From: Candidatus Uhrbacteria bacterium RIFCSPLOWO2_01_FULL_47_17
GTDB lineage: Bacteria > Patescibacteriota > Patescibacteriia > UBA9934 > GWF2-40-263
Assembly (NCBI GenBank): GCA_001791305.1
Contig: MGEI01000005.1
Span: forward strand, 340,208-404,207
DNA: 64,000 bases
Direction: 5' to 3'
The notes below the pieces were generated by a model, which saw only the letters and a list, made by a program, of their open reading frames with translations, did no database searches and was not told the origin of the DNA. A program made the position numbers and the translations under genes. Shown in pieces: positions 18,404 through 26,360 of this stretch. Positions within the stretch are counted from its first letter, which is position 1. Each line of letters starts with the position of its first letter.

Positions 18404-18850
18404 ATGGGTTCAACGGCAACGTCGGCGGTTGTGGTTCAACTGGAACATGAGATCGAGACCACAAAAGATCACCTTGACCAACTCAATGAGCGTTTGCGCG
18501 AGCAGACGACGGTCGGGTGGCTGGCGATCGTCAATTTCATGTTCGGCGGCAGGATTCAGTACGTCCGTATTTCGGATCGGGCCAACAATCCGTTCGATCA
18601 CTTCGACTCCTCGTCGAAACCTCACCGACAGCGCAGCTATGTGAAGGGCTGTTCCGACATTGATCAGGTGCGGGTGCTCTTTAGCGGTTGGAACGAACCT
18701 GAGTTTGAGATGAAGCTCGAAGACGGCCGCTCGCGGATTCCGGGATCGTTTGTTTTCCTAACCAACACGAACTTGGATGCGCTGACCCGGAAGGCTGAAG
18801 CTGTCCTTTCGAGTGAACGGCGCAACAAGAGTTCTGCGCTCGGTCAATAA
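18404..18850 (+). CDS. Small hypothetical protein (149 aa), cassette gene 1
   Basis: Start at M9 of the listed ORF, 6 nt after SD aaaggaggg. No recognisable motif. Confidence 0.45.
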   Translation: MGSTATSAVVVQLEHEIETTKDHLDQLNERLREQTTVGWLAIVNFMFGGRIQYVRISDRANNPFDHFDSSSKPHRQRSYVKGCSDIDQVRVLFSGWNEPEFEMKLEDGRSRIPGSFVFLTNTNLDALTRKAEAVLSSERRNKSSALGQ

Positions 18851-18853
18851 TCT

Positions 18854-18940
18854 GTTCGACCCGCTTCCTGGAAGTTTCAGAAGTTGGTCGAACCTTTTCC
18901 AGAGATCCCGATCGAAGGTCGATCGAGGGATCTGCGAAAG
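18854..18940 (+). repeat. Conserved intergenic leader unit, copy 3 (hairpin type A)
   Basis: Nearly identical to copy 2 (gttcgacccgcttcctggaagtttcagaagttggtcgaac, cttttccagaga, tcccgatcgaaggtcgatcgaggga, tctgcgaaag). Confidence 0.6.
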
Positions 18941-18982
18941 GTAATAGTGCCCGCGCAGGAATGCGTCGGCTTGGAGAGGAAG

Positions 18983-19339
18983 ATGATGACCATGCAAGAC
19001 AAAGCGGCGATGGCTGCGTTCGAGACGATTGTCGCGCGCGGGCTTGTGGGGCGTGAGGAACTGAAGCGGTGGATCGTCGATACGCACCTGGATTGGCGCA
19101 AGACTCACTTCAAGATCTTGTTTCGGAACGCCAACAACTCGCGGCGCATCGAGTGCGAAGTGCTCAACCGGCTCGAACCGCTTTCGGATGGTGGTGTGAA
19201 GATGTCGGTCGAGATCACGATGATCACGGCCGGCGCAAGCTCGCAGGTTCCGGAAAGTCCGTGGACCGATGTGCTCTTCGACGCGGACAGGCCGCGCACG
19301 GTTCGAATGAGCAGCATGCTTCGTAAGCGTGCGGCGTAA
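18983..19339 (+). CDS. Small hypothetical protein (about 118 aa), cassette gene 2
   Basis: Start at the MMTMQDK methionines, preceded by ggagaggaag. Weak similarity to cassette gene 1 (RNANN/DRANN region). Confidence 0.4.
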   Translation: MMTMQDKAAMAAFETIVARGLVGREELKRWIVDTHLDWRKTHFKILFRNANNSRRIECEVLNRLEPLSDGGVKMSVEITMITAGASSQVPESPWTDVLFDADRPRTVRMSSMLRKRAA

Positions 19340-19559
19340 AACAAGGAGTTCCGTGGAGACTGTCATCAAATGGTTTCCCGCTGCGTGTTTCTTCTTGCTT
19401 GTGCTCGTGATGCTCTTCATCACGGCGCATGTGGGAATGTGGATGTGGCCTGGCATGATCAAAACGTGGCATGGTGTCGCGTATGTGGTCACGCATCCGG
19501 CGGAAGTTGTGGTGGGCTTGCTCATCGCATTCTGTCTGCTCGCAAACGCACTCAAGTAG
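19329..19559 (+). CDS. Small membrane protein with two transmembrane helices (about 70 aa), cassette gene 3
   Basis: Two hydrophobic helices. A possible GTG start after aaggag sits at about 19353. Low confidence because an alternative overlapping frame exists (19370..19564). Confidence 0.3.
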   Translation: MRRKTRSSVETVIKWFPAACFFLLVLVMLFITAHVGMWMWPGMIKTWHGVAYVVTHPAEVVVGLLIAFCLLANALK

Positions 19560-19577
19560 TTTGAATACAGGAGGAAC

Positions 19578-19787
19578 ATGCAGATTCAGTTTCGACTGAT
19601 CAACGGACACATCGTTCGCGCGTCCTTCGAAAACAAACCTGAACTCGCCGGATTCGGCGATACGGAGGGGCAAGCGATTGCGGCACTTCTGAAAAAGGAA
19701 AAGGCTCGCAACCTTGAGCTCCAAGCGCTTTACTTCTTGTTACGCAGTTTGCTCGGTTCACATCAGGACGGGTTCCTGGTGAACTGA
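19578..19787 (+). CDS. Small hypothetical protein (69 aa), cassette gene 4
   Basis: Strong SD acaggagg 5 nt before the ATG. Confidence 0.45.
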   Translation: MQIQFRLINGHIVRASFENKPELAGFGDTEGQAIAALLKKEKARNLELQALYFLLRSLLGSHQDGFLVN

Positions 19788-19809
19788 GATTCGTTCTTTT
19801 CACAACTTT

Positions 19810-19880
19810 CCACGTCGTCTCGAAACGACGTGGCTTTTCCAGAGACTCGCATCGACAGGCGATGCGGTGATCTGCGAAAG
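19810..19880 (+). repeat. Conserved intergenic leader unit, copy 4 (hairpin type B)
   Basis: ccacgtcgtctcgaaacgacgtgg, cttttccagaga, ctcgcatcgacaggcgatgcggtg, atctgcgaaag. Confidence 0.6.
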
Positions 19881-19939
19881 TGTTCTGGTGTCTGCACATT
19901 CAATTGCCCACACTAAAACGTGTCGGCTTGGAGATAGGC

Positions 19940-20227
19940 ATGTTGTTTTTCTTTTTGTTCGATCTGGTGTGTCTCTACATCACGGGCAATACGACCATCG
20001 ATCTTTGGGCTGCCAAACTGGTTGTCGTGTTTGGTGGAACCAACCAGGTGGTGAGCATCAACTTCTTGTTCGGTTCGGTGAACATCACAGAGGAAAATTT
20101 GACGCTGTGGATGTGGATCTCAACCGCAATTACCGCTTGGATCCTTTGGGATTTGTTCAAACAGGCGCGTCACTTTTGGCGATGGTTGATGAAACAATCA
20201 CGCGACGAAGCTCAAGTAAAATCGTAG
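19940..20227 (+). CDS. Small membrane protein (about 95 aa), cassette gene 5
   Basis: Start MLFFFLFDLV after ggagatagg; multiple transmembrane segments. Confidence 0.45.
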   Translation: MLFFFLFDLVCLYITGNTTIDLWAAKLVVVFGGTNQVVSINFLFGSVNITEENLTLWMWISTAITAWILWDLFKQARHFWRWLMKQSRDEAQVKS

Positions 20228-20237
20228 ACCTCAACTT

Positions 20238-20323
20238 GTTCGACCTGCTTCGGAAATTCCGGAGCCGGTCGAACCTTTTCCAGAGACTCGCATCGAACAG
20301 GTTGATGTGGTGATCTGCGAACG
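20238..20323 (+). repeat. Conserved intergenic leader unit, copy 5 (hairpin type B variant)
   Basis: gttcgacctgcttcggaaattccggagccggtcgaac, cttttccagaga, ctcgcatcgaacaggttgatgtggtg, atctgcgaacg, then SD taaggagg. Confidence 0.6.
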
Positions 20324-20345
20324 TTTCTCGTAAGGAGGTTTATAC

Positions 20346-20708
20346 ATGGGAATGACCTTCTGGTTTTTCTTCAGCCTGACCGCCCTTTCGGGTCTTTCGT
20401 TGTTTGTCGACGAATGGCAAAACAATGATCGACTTCGGGCGTTTTTCATCAAAGAGTGGAAGGCGTTTGTTTATTCCTCGTTCTTTCACAAATGTGCGTT
20501 TGCCCTAACAGTGGCTCTCGCCATTGATCACTACAACGAAGTGTTGCCCGTGATCTCGCTCACAAGTTACGTTTGGTCCAGCTGGTTCGTTTCTCGGATC
20601 TTGAATCCAGAACTTGGCGATGACGCAACACAAGACATGTACTCGTCATACACACCCTCACTTCCAGATCCGCTTTCAAACAACCCCCATCCTCATCATT
20701 GGAGTTGA
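20346..20708 (+). CDS. Small membrane protein (120 aa), cassette gene 6
   Basis: SD taaggagg 7 nt upstream; 3-4 transmembrane helices. Confidence 0.5.
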   Translation: MGMTFWFFFSLTALSGLSLFVDEWQNNDRLRAFFIKEWKAFVYSSFFHKCAFALTVALAIDHYNEVLPVISLTSYVWSSWFVSRILNPELGDDATQDMYSSYTPSLPDPLSNNPHPHHWS

Positions 20709-20736
20709 TGCGGTTGCGTAGCGGTTCACATTCCCT

Positions 20737-20800
20737 GGCGATGTCTCATCGCCCTTTTCCAGAGACTCGCATCGATAGGCGATGCGGAGATCTGCGGAAG
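20737..20800 (+). repeat. Conserved intergenic leader unit, copy 6 (hairpin type B)
   Basis: ggcgatgtctcatcgcc, cttttccagaga, ctcgcatcgataggcgatgcggag, atctgcggaag, then SD acaggagg. Confidence 0.6.
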
Positions 20801-20816
20801 AAACAGGAGGTAGGAT

Positions 20817-21137
20817 ATGCCCGTTCCAAACGTTTGGGATCTCATTCGGTACATCATGTGCGGACTCTTGATGGGTCTTTTCATAGTCGGCTGCAAAAGG
20901 CCTGTGGAAGAGTCTGCGGGAAAACCTGCGTACATTGCGCAGACGACTTGCTTCAAGCCTCTCAACTTCAAGGAGACCGGGAACCGCGATAATTCGCAAT
21001 GGTGCGAATACATCATTGTGGATCATCCTGAGATTCCGCCCATTTGCTGGGCAGTGGAATATCCCGATTCAACTTCCTCAACCCGGTTCGACATCTCGTG
21101 TGCCGTATTCGAAAAGGTGCAGAAGTTGAGCAAGTAA
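20817..21137 (+). CDS. Small putative lipoprotein (106 aa), cassette gene 7
   Basis: SD aggagg; signal peptide with lipobox LFIVGC; Cys-containing mature part. Confidence 0.5.
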   Translation: MPVPNVWDLIRYIMCGLLMGLFIVGCKRPVEESAGKPAYIAQTTCFKPLNFKETGNRDNSQWCEYIIVDHPEIPPICWAVEYPDSTSSTRFDISCAVFEKVQKLSK

Positions 21138-21160
21138 CGTTCACCAACTGGAGGTCTGAC

Positions 21161-21658
21161 ATGTATTGGTTTCTTCTCGGCTATCTCGTTCTCACGTTCT
21201 TCCTGAACCACATCTGTGCGCAAGTGCATCACGCTCGAGCGTGTGAGCATCCGGTTCGGAAGTCGAACATCGTGCTCGATGTCGTGACGTTCATTGCCGT
21301 TCTGTTACGTCTGCCGTTCTACGCGCTCGGCGTCGTGCTCTACAACGCTTGTTGCCTGGGTACGGTTGTCGCAGCGATGACGGACGTGATTCCAGAACAC
21401 GCAACCACGCTCTGGATCTACGTACTCGCCGATAACCTCGGCTACGCGTCTTATGCGATGCGCGAGTTCCTCGTGCTTCAATTCACGTTTCTCTCCCAGT
21501 ACGCAAAGAGCGACTGGTCGTTCACCTATTACGACTACCGCCTCGGCAACGGCAAACTGTTCAGCTTCTACGCGCAGCCGCAACACGGCCATCGCGAGCA
21601 CTACGTCGTAGGTTCGCTTTATGGGCGAATCAAAGAGGAAGAGCAGAGGCATGAATAA
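21161..21658 (+). CDS. Membrane protein (about 165 aa), cassette gene 8
   Basis: Start MYWFLLGYLV after ctggagg (M40 of the listed ORF); 4-5 transmembrane helices. Confidence 0.5.
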   Translation: MYWFLLGYLVLTFFLNHICAQVHHARACEHPVRKSNIVLDVVTFIAVLLRLPFYALGVVLYNACCLGTVVAAMTDVIPEHATTLWIYVLADNLGYASYAMREFLVLQFTFLSQYAKSDWSFTYYDYRLGNGKLFSFYAQPQHGHREHYVVGSLYGRIKEEEQRHE

Positions 21659-21667
21659 TTTTTCTTA

Positions 21668-21697
21668 CCAGACGTAAAATGTCTGGTCTTTTTTTTG
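21668..21697 (+). terminator. Rho-independent terminator closing the small-gene array
   Basis: accagacgtaaaatgtctggt followed by a T-run of 8 or more. Confidence 0.55.
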
Positions 21698-21811
21698 TGG
21701 TAACGCGCTCTGAACCTCCCCCAGCCCCTCCTTGGCAGGAGGGGTGAACGAGCTCTGTAACGTTTCGGAAAACGTTTACCTCCCCTGCCAAGGGGAGGCC
21801 GGGAGGGGTTC

Positions 21812-24103
21812 TTACCGTCTCGCCGTTCCGCCACTCGCCATCTCTTCGAGCTTCACGCTCAACAAATTACTGATGCCGTCATCTCCCATTGTCACGCCGT
21901 ACAAGATGTCCGCCTTTTCCATGGTTGCACGGTTGTGAGTCACAACAATGAACTGTGAGTTCTTCGACAAGTCATCGAGGATAGATGCAAATCGAAGCGT
22001 GTTTGATTCGTCGAGCGCCGCGTCAACCTCGTCGAGCACCACGAACGGCGCTGGATTCACGGCCATGATCGCGGAGAGAAGAGCGATCGAGGTAAGTGCG
22101 CGTTCTCCACCAGAGAGCAAGTTCAACGATTTTAATTTTTTTCCAGGTGGCGTTGCTTGAATATCAATTCCGACGACGCCGTCGTCGTACGCAGCGATGC
22201 GTTCGCGGATCGCATCCGTTTTATCACGCTCCGCTTCGCCCGTGTCTTCGAAGACGCGTTCCGGTGTGACTTCCGTCTCCTCATCGGCTTTCAAATCTTC
22301 TTTCGATAATTTGATGAGCGAACAGGATCCACCGTTGAACAGAATTTTGAAATATTTTTCGAACTCTTTGTTGATCAGAGCAAAGACTTTTTTGGATTGC
22401 GTAGCAATATCTTCGTCGAGTTCGATGACAATCTTCTCTGTCGCGTTGATCGCACTTCGTAAATCTTTTAACTGCTCATCGAGGAACTCGAAACGTTTCT
22501 TCGTATCTTCAAACTCGACCACAATCTCCGGATCGATTCCGCCGATGAGTTCGATTTTGTATCGCAAGCGCTGAATTTCAGGGTAGAGCACATCGGTATC
22601 TATCTTGTTATGGGTGGGGTCCCCAGACCCCGCCAGTGTCTGCCTGTTTGTCCTGGCTTTCACAGCAAAATTCCCCATCGCTTCATCCATTTCACGATTC
22701 AAATTTTTTTGTCGTTCATCAATGCGCGCTGCTTCGATTTGGATCGAGTTGCGTTGATTTTCGAGCAAGTGAATTTGCGTTTGCTTCTCGCGCAACTCGC
22801 GTTGCATATCGATGAGCTCGGTGCGCACTTCTTTTTCTTTTTGTGCGTACGCATCGATCTCGCGCTCTTGCTCGACGAGTTCTGCTTTGATGCGTTGTTC
22901 CTCAATCGCGAGCGAAGCTTTTTTCTCGAGGAGCGCAGGATCTGGTTTGATGTCTTCCGGATTTGGTTTGCGCAAACGTTTGTTGAGTCCGACGACTTTG
23001 TCGAGCACGCCGTCGATTGCGGTGTGAAGTGCGTCGATATCTTTCAGTGATTTTAAATTCTTAAGAAGGACATCCAGTCCGTCGATTTCCTCGACAATCT
23101 TCAACAAGGGAAGTGGCGCCCAGTTTGATTGCGCGCGCACCTTTGTCAGTTCGATTTCTTTTTCAACCTGAAACTGCGCCTGACGACACGCGTCACGCTC
23201 ACGTTGTTTCTCGCGGTACACTTTTTGCAAAGCTGCGAGTCCTGCATCTTCTCCCGTCTCCGAATTCTCAACCGCTTTCGTTCGAGTCTCGATCACCTCG
23301 AGTTCGGAGCGCTTCTCGAGAATGCGCGCATCGATTTCTGTGAACTGTGATTTGATGCCTGCGAGTTCGTCGATCAATTTCCACCAAAGTGTTCCGTAGT
23401 ACGACGTTTCCATTCCGCGCAACTCTCTTTCGACCTCCTCACGTTCCGAGAGTCTCGAAACTTGTCGCTTGAGCGAACGGAGGCGCGGTTCAATTTCCTG
23501 TACGAGCATTTCTACGTCCGTTAAATTTTCGAGTGTGCGCTTCAATTTCAAAATCGCTTCATGGCGTTTGAGCTGAAGCGGCTTTACTCCCGTCGCATCG
23601 TCGAAGAAACTTTTGCGTTCTTCGGGAGTCGACACGAGAATGTGATCGATCATCCCTTGGCCGATCACAGAGTAGGAACGTTGACCAACGTTTGCTTGTG
23701 CGAGGAGGAGTTGAATGTCCGCGAGGCGGGCACTTCCGTCGTTTAAAAGATATTCCGAGTTTCCGTCACGATAGAGGCGTCGGGTGATGGTGACCTCCGA
23801 ATAATCGATTGGCATCATCTTGTCCGAGTTGTCGAGTGTGATCGAAACTTCCGCGAAGCCACTTCGACCTCGACCTTCCGAGCCAGAAAAAATCACATCC
23901 TCGGATTTTTTTCCGCGAAGAAGTTTCATGCTTTGCTCACCCAAGACCCAGCGAATGGCGTCCGCAAGGTTGGATTTCCCCGAACCGTTTGGACCAACGA
24001 TCGATGTTAAAGGATAGCGATCCGCGGCTGGAGGAAGAAAGGATAGCGAGGTTTTTTTTGCAAAGGTTTTGAATCCTTGGACGGAGAGTTTCGACAGGTA
24101 CAT
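21812..24103 (-). CDS. smc: Chromosome segregation protein SMC, short form (763 aa) with no obvious hinge domain
   Basis: N-terminus MYLSKLSVQGFKTFAKK...GPNGSGKSNLADAIRWVLGEQS (Walker A); C-terminus LSGGERALTSIALLSA...VLDEVDAALD (signature plus Walker B). Confidence 0.8.
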   Translation of the reverse strand: MYLSKLSVQGFKTFAKKTSLSFLPPAADRYPLTSIVGPNGSGKSNLADAIRWVLGEQSMKLLRGKKSEDVIFSGSEGRGRSGFAEVSITLDNSDKMMPIDYSEVTITRRLYRDGNSEYLLNDGSARLADIQLLLAQANVGQRSYSVIGQGMIDHILVSTPEERKSFFDDATGVKPLQLKRHEAILKLKRTLENLTDVEMLVQEIEPRLRSLKRQVSRLSEREEVERELRGMETSYYGTLWWKLIDELAGIKSQFTEIDARILEKRSELEVIETRTKAVENSETGEDAGLAALQKVYREKQRERDACRQAQFQVEKEIELTKVRAQSNWAPLPLLKIVEEIDGLDVLLKNLKSLKDIDALHTAIDGVLDKVVGLNKRLRKPNPEDIKPDPALLEKKASLAIEEQRIKAELVEQEREIDAYAQKEKEVRTELIDMQRELREKQTQIHLLENQRNSIQIEAARIDERQKNLNREMDEAMGNFAVKARTNRQTLAGSGDPTHNKIDTDVLYPEIQRLRYKIELIGGIDPEIVVEFEDTKKRFEFLDEQLKDLRSAINATEKIVIELDEDIATQSKKVFALINKEFEKYFKILFNGGSCSLIKLSKEDLKADEETEVTPERVFEDTGEAERDKTDAIRERIAAYDDGVVGIDIQATPPGKKLKSLNLLSGGERALTSIALLSAIMAVNPAPFVVLDEVDAALDESNTLRFASILDDLSKNSQFIVVTHNRATMEKADILYGVTMGDDGISNLLSVKLEEMASGGTARR
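22607..22636. repeat. GC-rich hairpin element (copy 2 of 3), in-frame inside the smc coding sequence
   Basis: gttatgggtggggtccccagaccccgccag encodes LAGSGDPTHNKI within SMC. Related copies lie in the 5'UTRs at 16895 and 24106. Confidence 0.45.
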
Positions 24104-24105
24104 AC

Positions 24106-24135
24106 GTTATAGGCGGGGTCCCCTGACCTCGCGCG
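24106..24135. repeat. GC-rich hairpin element (copy 3 of 3), immediately upstream of the smc start
   Basis: gttataggcggggtcccctgacctcgcgcg. Confidence 0.5.
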
Positions 24136-24196
24136 AATTGGAGATATTAGTCGGAAATAATTATAGCATGGTTGACCAGCGGCTCAGGATTGGATA

Positions 24197-25228
24197 GTGT
24201 ATGGAATTCCTATGGAGTTATTGACCCACAAACGTATTCACGATCTTCTTCTCTCCGCGCAGAACCCTGTGCTTGTTTCGGACGTTCGTCTCGACGGCGA
24301 TTCTCTTGGTTCTGTGATGGCGATGTATCATTTTTTGCGTGAGCATGGGAAGTCTTCGAGAGTCTATGTGGCAGAAGCGGTGCCAGAACAATATCGATTT
24401 TTACCAGACGTTCATGTCTGTTCAACAAATGCAACGATCTTCGATGATTCGACGATAGACCTTGTGGTGGTGTTTGATTGTTCGGAAGCGGCTTTCGTCG
24501 AGAGTCTTGTTGAACGTATTGATGGAAACCCGACGGTCATCAACATGGATCACCACAAAACGAATCCTCGCTATGGACACGTGAATCAAGTTTTGGTCGA
24601 CGCACCCGCGACGGCCGAGGTTGTGTTTCGATTTCTCGAAGCGAATCATGTGGTGATCACGAAGCACGTTTCGACCTGTCTTCTTGCAGGTTTGTGTTTC
24701 GACACAAACATGTTTTCAAACTCCGCAACGAACGAGCGGGCTCTCGACACAGCCTCGCACTTGATTCTGCACGGCGCCCGCGTGCAAGATGTTATCCGCA
24801 CCATGTTTCAAAATCGTTCTGTCGGCGCGCTCAAAGTCTGGGGCGCCGCACTCGAGCGTTTAACCGACCACCCCGAGATTCGCGTCATGACAACCGTGCT
24901 TACGCGCAAAGACATCGAGACGCATCAAGTGACCGACGATGAAATTGACGGCCTCTCGAACTTTTTGAATCTTGTTGCGGATACAGATACCTTGTTTGTG
25001 CTGCGAGAAACCAAAGAAGGCGGAGTGAAAGTTTCTGGACGCTCACGCACGCAAGATGTCTCGAAGATCGCAAGCGCACACGGCGGGGGAGGGCATGCAA
25101 AAGCGGCGGGCTTCACCCTCGTAAACGCGTGCATCGTCGAAAAGGATACTGTGTGGTGTGTCTCGAGAAACAACGAAACACATCCGATCGCGCATGCATT
25201 ACGATTTGAAGAATTCTTTCGGGTATAA
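24197..25228 (+). CDS. nrnA: DHH/DHHA1-family phosphoesterase (NrnA-like oligoribonuclease / pAp phosphatase)
   Basis: DHH-region motifs ([14 protein letters not shown]) and the DHHA1 motif [11 protein letters not shown]. Confidence 0.7.
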   Translation: MYGIPMELLTHKRIHDLLLSAQNPVLVSDVRLDGDSLGSVMAMYHFLREHGKSSRVYVAEAVPEQYRFLPDVHVCSTNATIFDDSTIDLVVVFDCSEAAFVESLVERIDGNPTVINMDHHKTNPRYGHVNQVLVDAPATAEVVFRFLEANHVVITKHVSTCLLAGLCFDTNMFSNSATNERALDTASHLILHGARVQDVIRTMFQNRSVGALKVWGAALERLTDHPEIRVMTTVLTRKDIETHQVTDDEIDGLSNFLNLVADTDTLFVLRETKEGGVKVSGRSRTQDVSKIASAHGGGGHAKAAGFTLVNACIVEKDTVWCVSRNNETHPIAHALRFEEFFRV

Positions 25229-25286
25229 CCTTTCAAACATTTCCGACCTTTCCGACTTTTCAAACCAATGTTACTATCCACCTACT

Positions 25287-25904
25287 ATGAATCACAAAAT
25301 CACTTCCAAATTCCAGACCATCGAGGACAACTACCTCATTCCAACGGTTATTGAAAAAAACAGCATGGGGGAGCGTGCGTATGATATTTATTCGCGTTTG
25401 CTCAAGGATCGCATTATTTTTCTTGGAACCGAGATTGATGACACAGTTGCAAACTTGGTTATTGCACAGCTTTTGTTTCTTGAGAGCCAAGACAAGACCA
25501 AAGAGATCAAACTTTACATTAACTCTCCAGGTGGATCCGTTACGTCAGGGCTCGCGATTTATGATGCGATGCAGTACGTGAAACCAGATGTCTCGACCAT
25601 CTGCGTTGGAATGGCGGCGTCCATGGCGGCCGTACTTCTCGCATCCGGTGCAAAGGGAAAGCGCTTTTGTCTACCAAACTCAGAAGTCATGATTCATCAA
25701 GTTTTGGGTGGAGTTTCTGGGCAAGCAACGGACATTAAAATCCACGCGGAACGCATCATGAAGACTAAAGATCAGTTGAATACGATTCTTTCCAAGCACA
25801 CCGGAAAAAAGAAATCTCAAGTCGAACAAGACACCGAACGGGACTATTTTCTTGATCCATCCGAGGCGCTCGCTTACGGATTAGTCGATAAGGTGATAAA
25901 ATAA
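25287..25904 (+). CDS. clpP: ATP-dependent Clp protease proteolytic subunit ClpP
   Basis: [29 protein letters not shown], catalytic Ser in the GMAASMAA context, His in MIHQ. Start taken at MNHKIT. Confidence 0.9.
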   Translation: MNHKITSKFQTIEDNYLIPTVIEKNSMGERAYDIYSRLLKDRIIFLGTEIDDTVANLVIAQLLFLESQDKTKEIKLYINSPGGSVTSGLAIYDAMQYVKPDVSTICVGMAASMAAVLLASGAKGKRFCLPNSEVMIHQVLGGVSGQATDIKIHAERIMKTKDQLNTILSKHTGKKKSQVEQDTERDYFLDPSEALAYGLVDKVIK

Positions 25905-25914
25905 AGAGGTCAAA

Positions 25915-25945
25915 AAACGAGCCGGAGATTGGCTCGTTTTTAAAT
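25915..25945 (+). terminator. Rho-independent terminator after clpP
   Basis: aaaaacgagccggagattggctcgttttt. Confidence 0.55.
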
Positions 25946-26360
25946 CAGTTTCAGAGAAAGGAAACAAGTTTTTTGGGTTTTTCTTTTGATTTGGCTCGAT
26001 TCTGCATTTCTGTGTCAGCATCTGGCTTACAAAATAGAGTACACTAATGCTTGACAGGAGGTGCCCACACTGATAAACTCCTCTCTTCCGCTATGGAAGC
26101 ACTGATTTCCCTGTAACTGACTCGTTTCATTATGGTGGTACCTTATCGCGACTGACCTGCAGGCACGACAAGCATGGGATTTCAAAAAATGGTTACATCA
26201 GGTCGCAAGACTCGATCTATCCATTTGTGAAATTTCTTGCCTGCAGCTTAGTCACGAGAAGTTTTCTGAAAAAGATCGTTCGCATCATGCGCGCGATTTT
26301 TTTGTTCCTGAATTGATCTTACTCGTCTTGAAATTTCATGCAAGAAATTCTGTGGATAGG

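Noticed and set aside
16800-20800. Possibility that the repeated post-gene palindromes are integron attC sites
   Set aside because: They lack the R''/R' core (RYYYAAC ... GTTRRRY) and no integrase gene is in the window. I kept them as a novel leader or cassette motif instead.
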